Shown: positions 63,353-64,000 of the stretch, one piece after another
How positions within the stretch are numbered: position 1 is the first letter of the stretch
Layout: the number at the start of each line of letters is the position of its first letter
Origin: Cirrosporium novae-zelandiae
Lineage: Eukaryota
Length of the DNA stretch: 64,000 nt
Assembly: GCA_026023565.1 (NCBI GenBank)
Contig: JAPETS010000010.1
Location: 744,001-808,000 of the forward strand
Direction: 5' to 3'
The notes under the pieces: model-generated
The model's input: only the letters and a program-made list of their open reading frames with translations
What the model was told of the DNA's origin: nothing
The model's database searches: none
Program-made: the position numbers and the translations under genes

Positions 63353-63998
63353 CGCTACCTTTCTTTTCCCTTCTTCTTTTAGGCTGTTCTTTTACGACTA
63401 TCCGGAGTTGTATCGTGGACATGATGGACCAACCGCCTATTTGGGAATATGTCAAGATGATATCCTTTCCAGACCGTAGAGATTTTACCAATAGCTTTGG
63501 GCAACAGTCTATGGTATATTGACAACTTTTGGGTATCCTTGTCTCACAATAGGTATACTGGTCAGATTGAGCTGAAGATTCCCACGGAATATCGACAATC
63601 AGATCCGCAGCTGCCACACCCCCTAGTTCATCGAATACACATTCCGCTGCTCCAAAGCCCCCACCCACTCCATAGCCCCAATCCACACAGATGGCGAATT
63701 TCTCTTTGGAGGTTTTGTTCTGATATACAATCATGCCTCTATCATTTTCACGCATAAAATGATTTAGGGTGCATGTCGTTTCTGAAGTATGTAAAAAGCT
63801 TACCCACCAGCGTTGATCAGGCTCGCACATGGTAAAGTTGGCAGATAGTGCTCCATCATTGACTAGAAGCACCTCGATATCCTGGTATTTCAGCGCGAAC
63901 CCTCTATTGTATTCTTGTGTCGGTCTAGCGAGGTCCAGAATCGGGTTCGTTATATAAATATCCTCAAGTATTAAAAAACGACAGCTGAGCTCATCTGG
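63261..63998 (-). CDS. Possible 3' part of a gene running off the window (>=245 codons), unknown function
   Basis: The frame of ORF 63261-63872 stays open to the window edge (PDELSCRFLILEDIYITNP...). No recognisable domain. Confidence 0.5.
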   Translation of the reverse strand, partial: PDELSCRFLILEDIYITNPILDLARPTQEYNRGFALKYQDIEVLLVNDGALSANFTMCEPDQRWWVSFLHTSETTCTLNHFMRENDRGMIVYQNKTSKEKFAICVDWGYGVGGGFGAAECVFDELGGVAAADLIVDIPWESSAQSDQYTYCETRIPKSCQYTIDCCPKLLVKSLRSGKDIILTYSQIGGWSIMSTIQLRIVVKEQPKRRREKKGSAGKEIDQTKRVSLQTEEVRLRMERLRLIGL

Positions 63999-64000
63999 AT

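Overview
Gene-dense, intron-containing eukaryotic DNA from a filamentous ascomycete (Pezizomycotina inferred from the short GT-AG introns with CTAAC/CTGAC branch points and the gene content; the exact taxon cannot be read). I find about 19 protein-coding loci. Most are conserved housekeeping or chromatin genes: a CBM48 tail-anchored protein, a Cdb4/Arx1-like M24-fold protein, a double-PHD protein, PDS5, NIP7, NOC3, SNF5, ALG8, an EMP47-like lectin, ITC1, SMC1 and GPC1. An accessory block at 42-50 kb holds a tandem F-box-like protein, a small secreted protein, a SnoaL-like protein and an NRPS-like A-T-R enzyme. Not visible in the ORF track: an intact 144-bp hAT-type MITE (23-bp TIRs, 8-bp TSD) with at least two decayed relatives, a decayed F-box pseudogene with RIP-like stops, a GC-AG intron and micro-exons in ITC1, and MCB-like sites upstream of both cohesin genes. 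Microsatellite-rich islands recur at convergent gene ends, with a C-rich to G-rich skew flip that penetrates coding sequence. I found no clearly novel multi-gene system. Gene identities come from motif recognition, not database searches.
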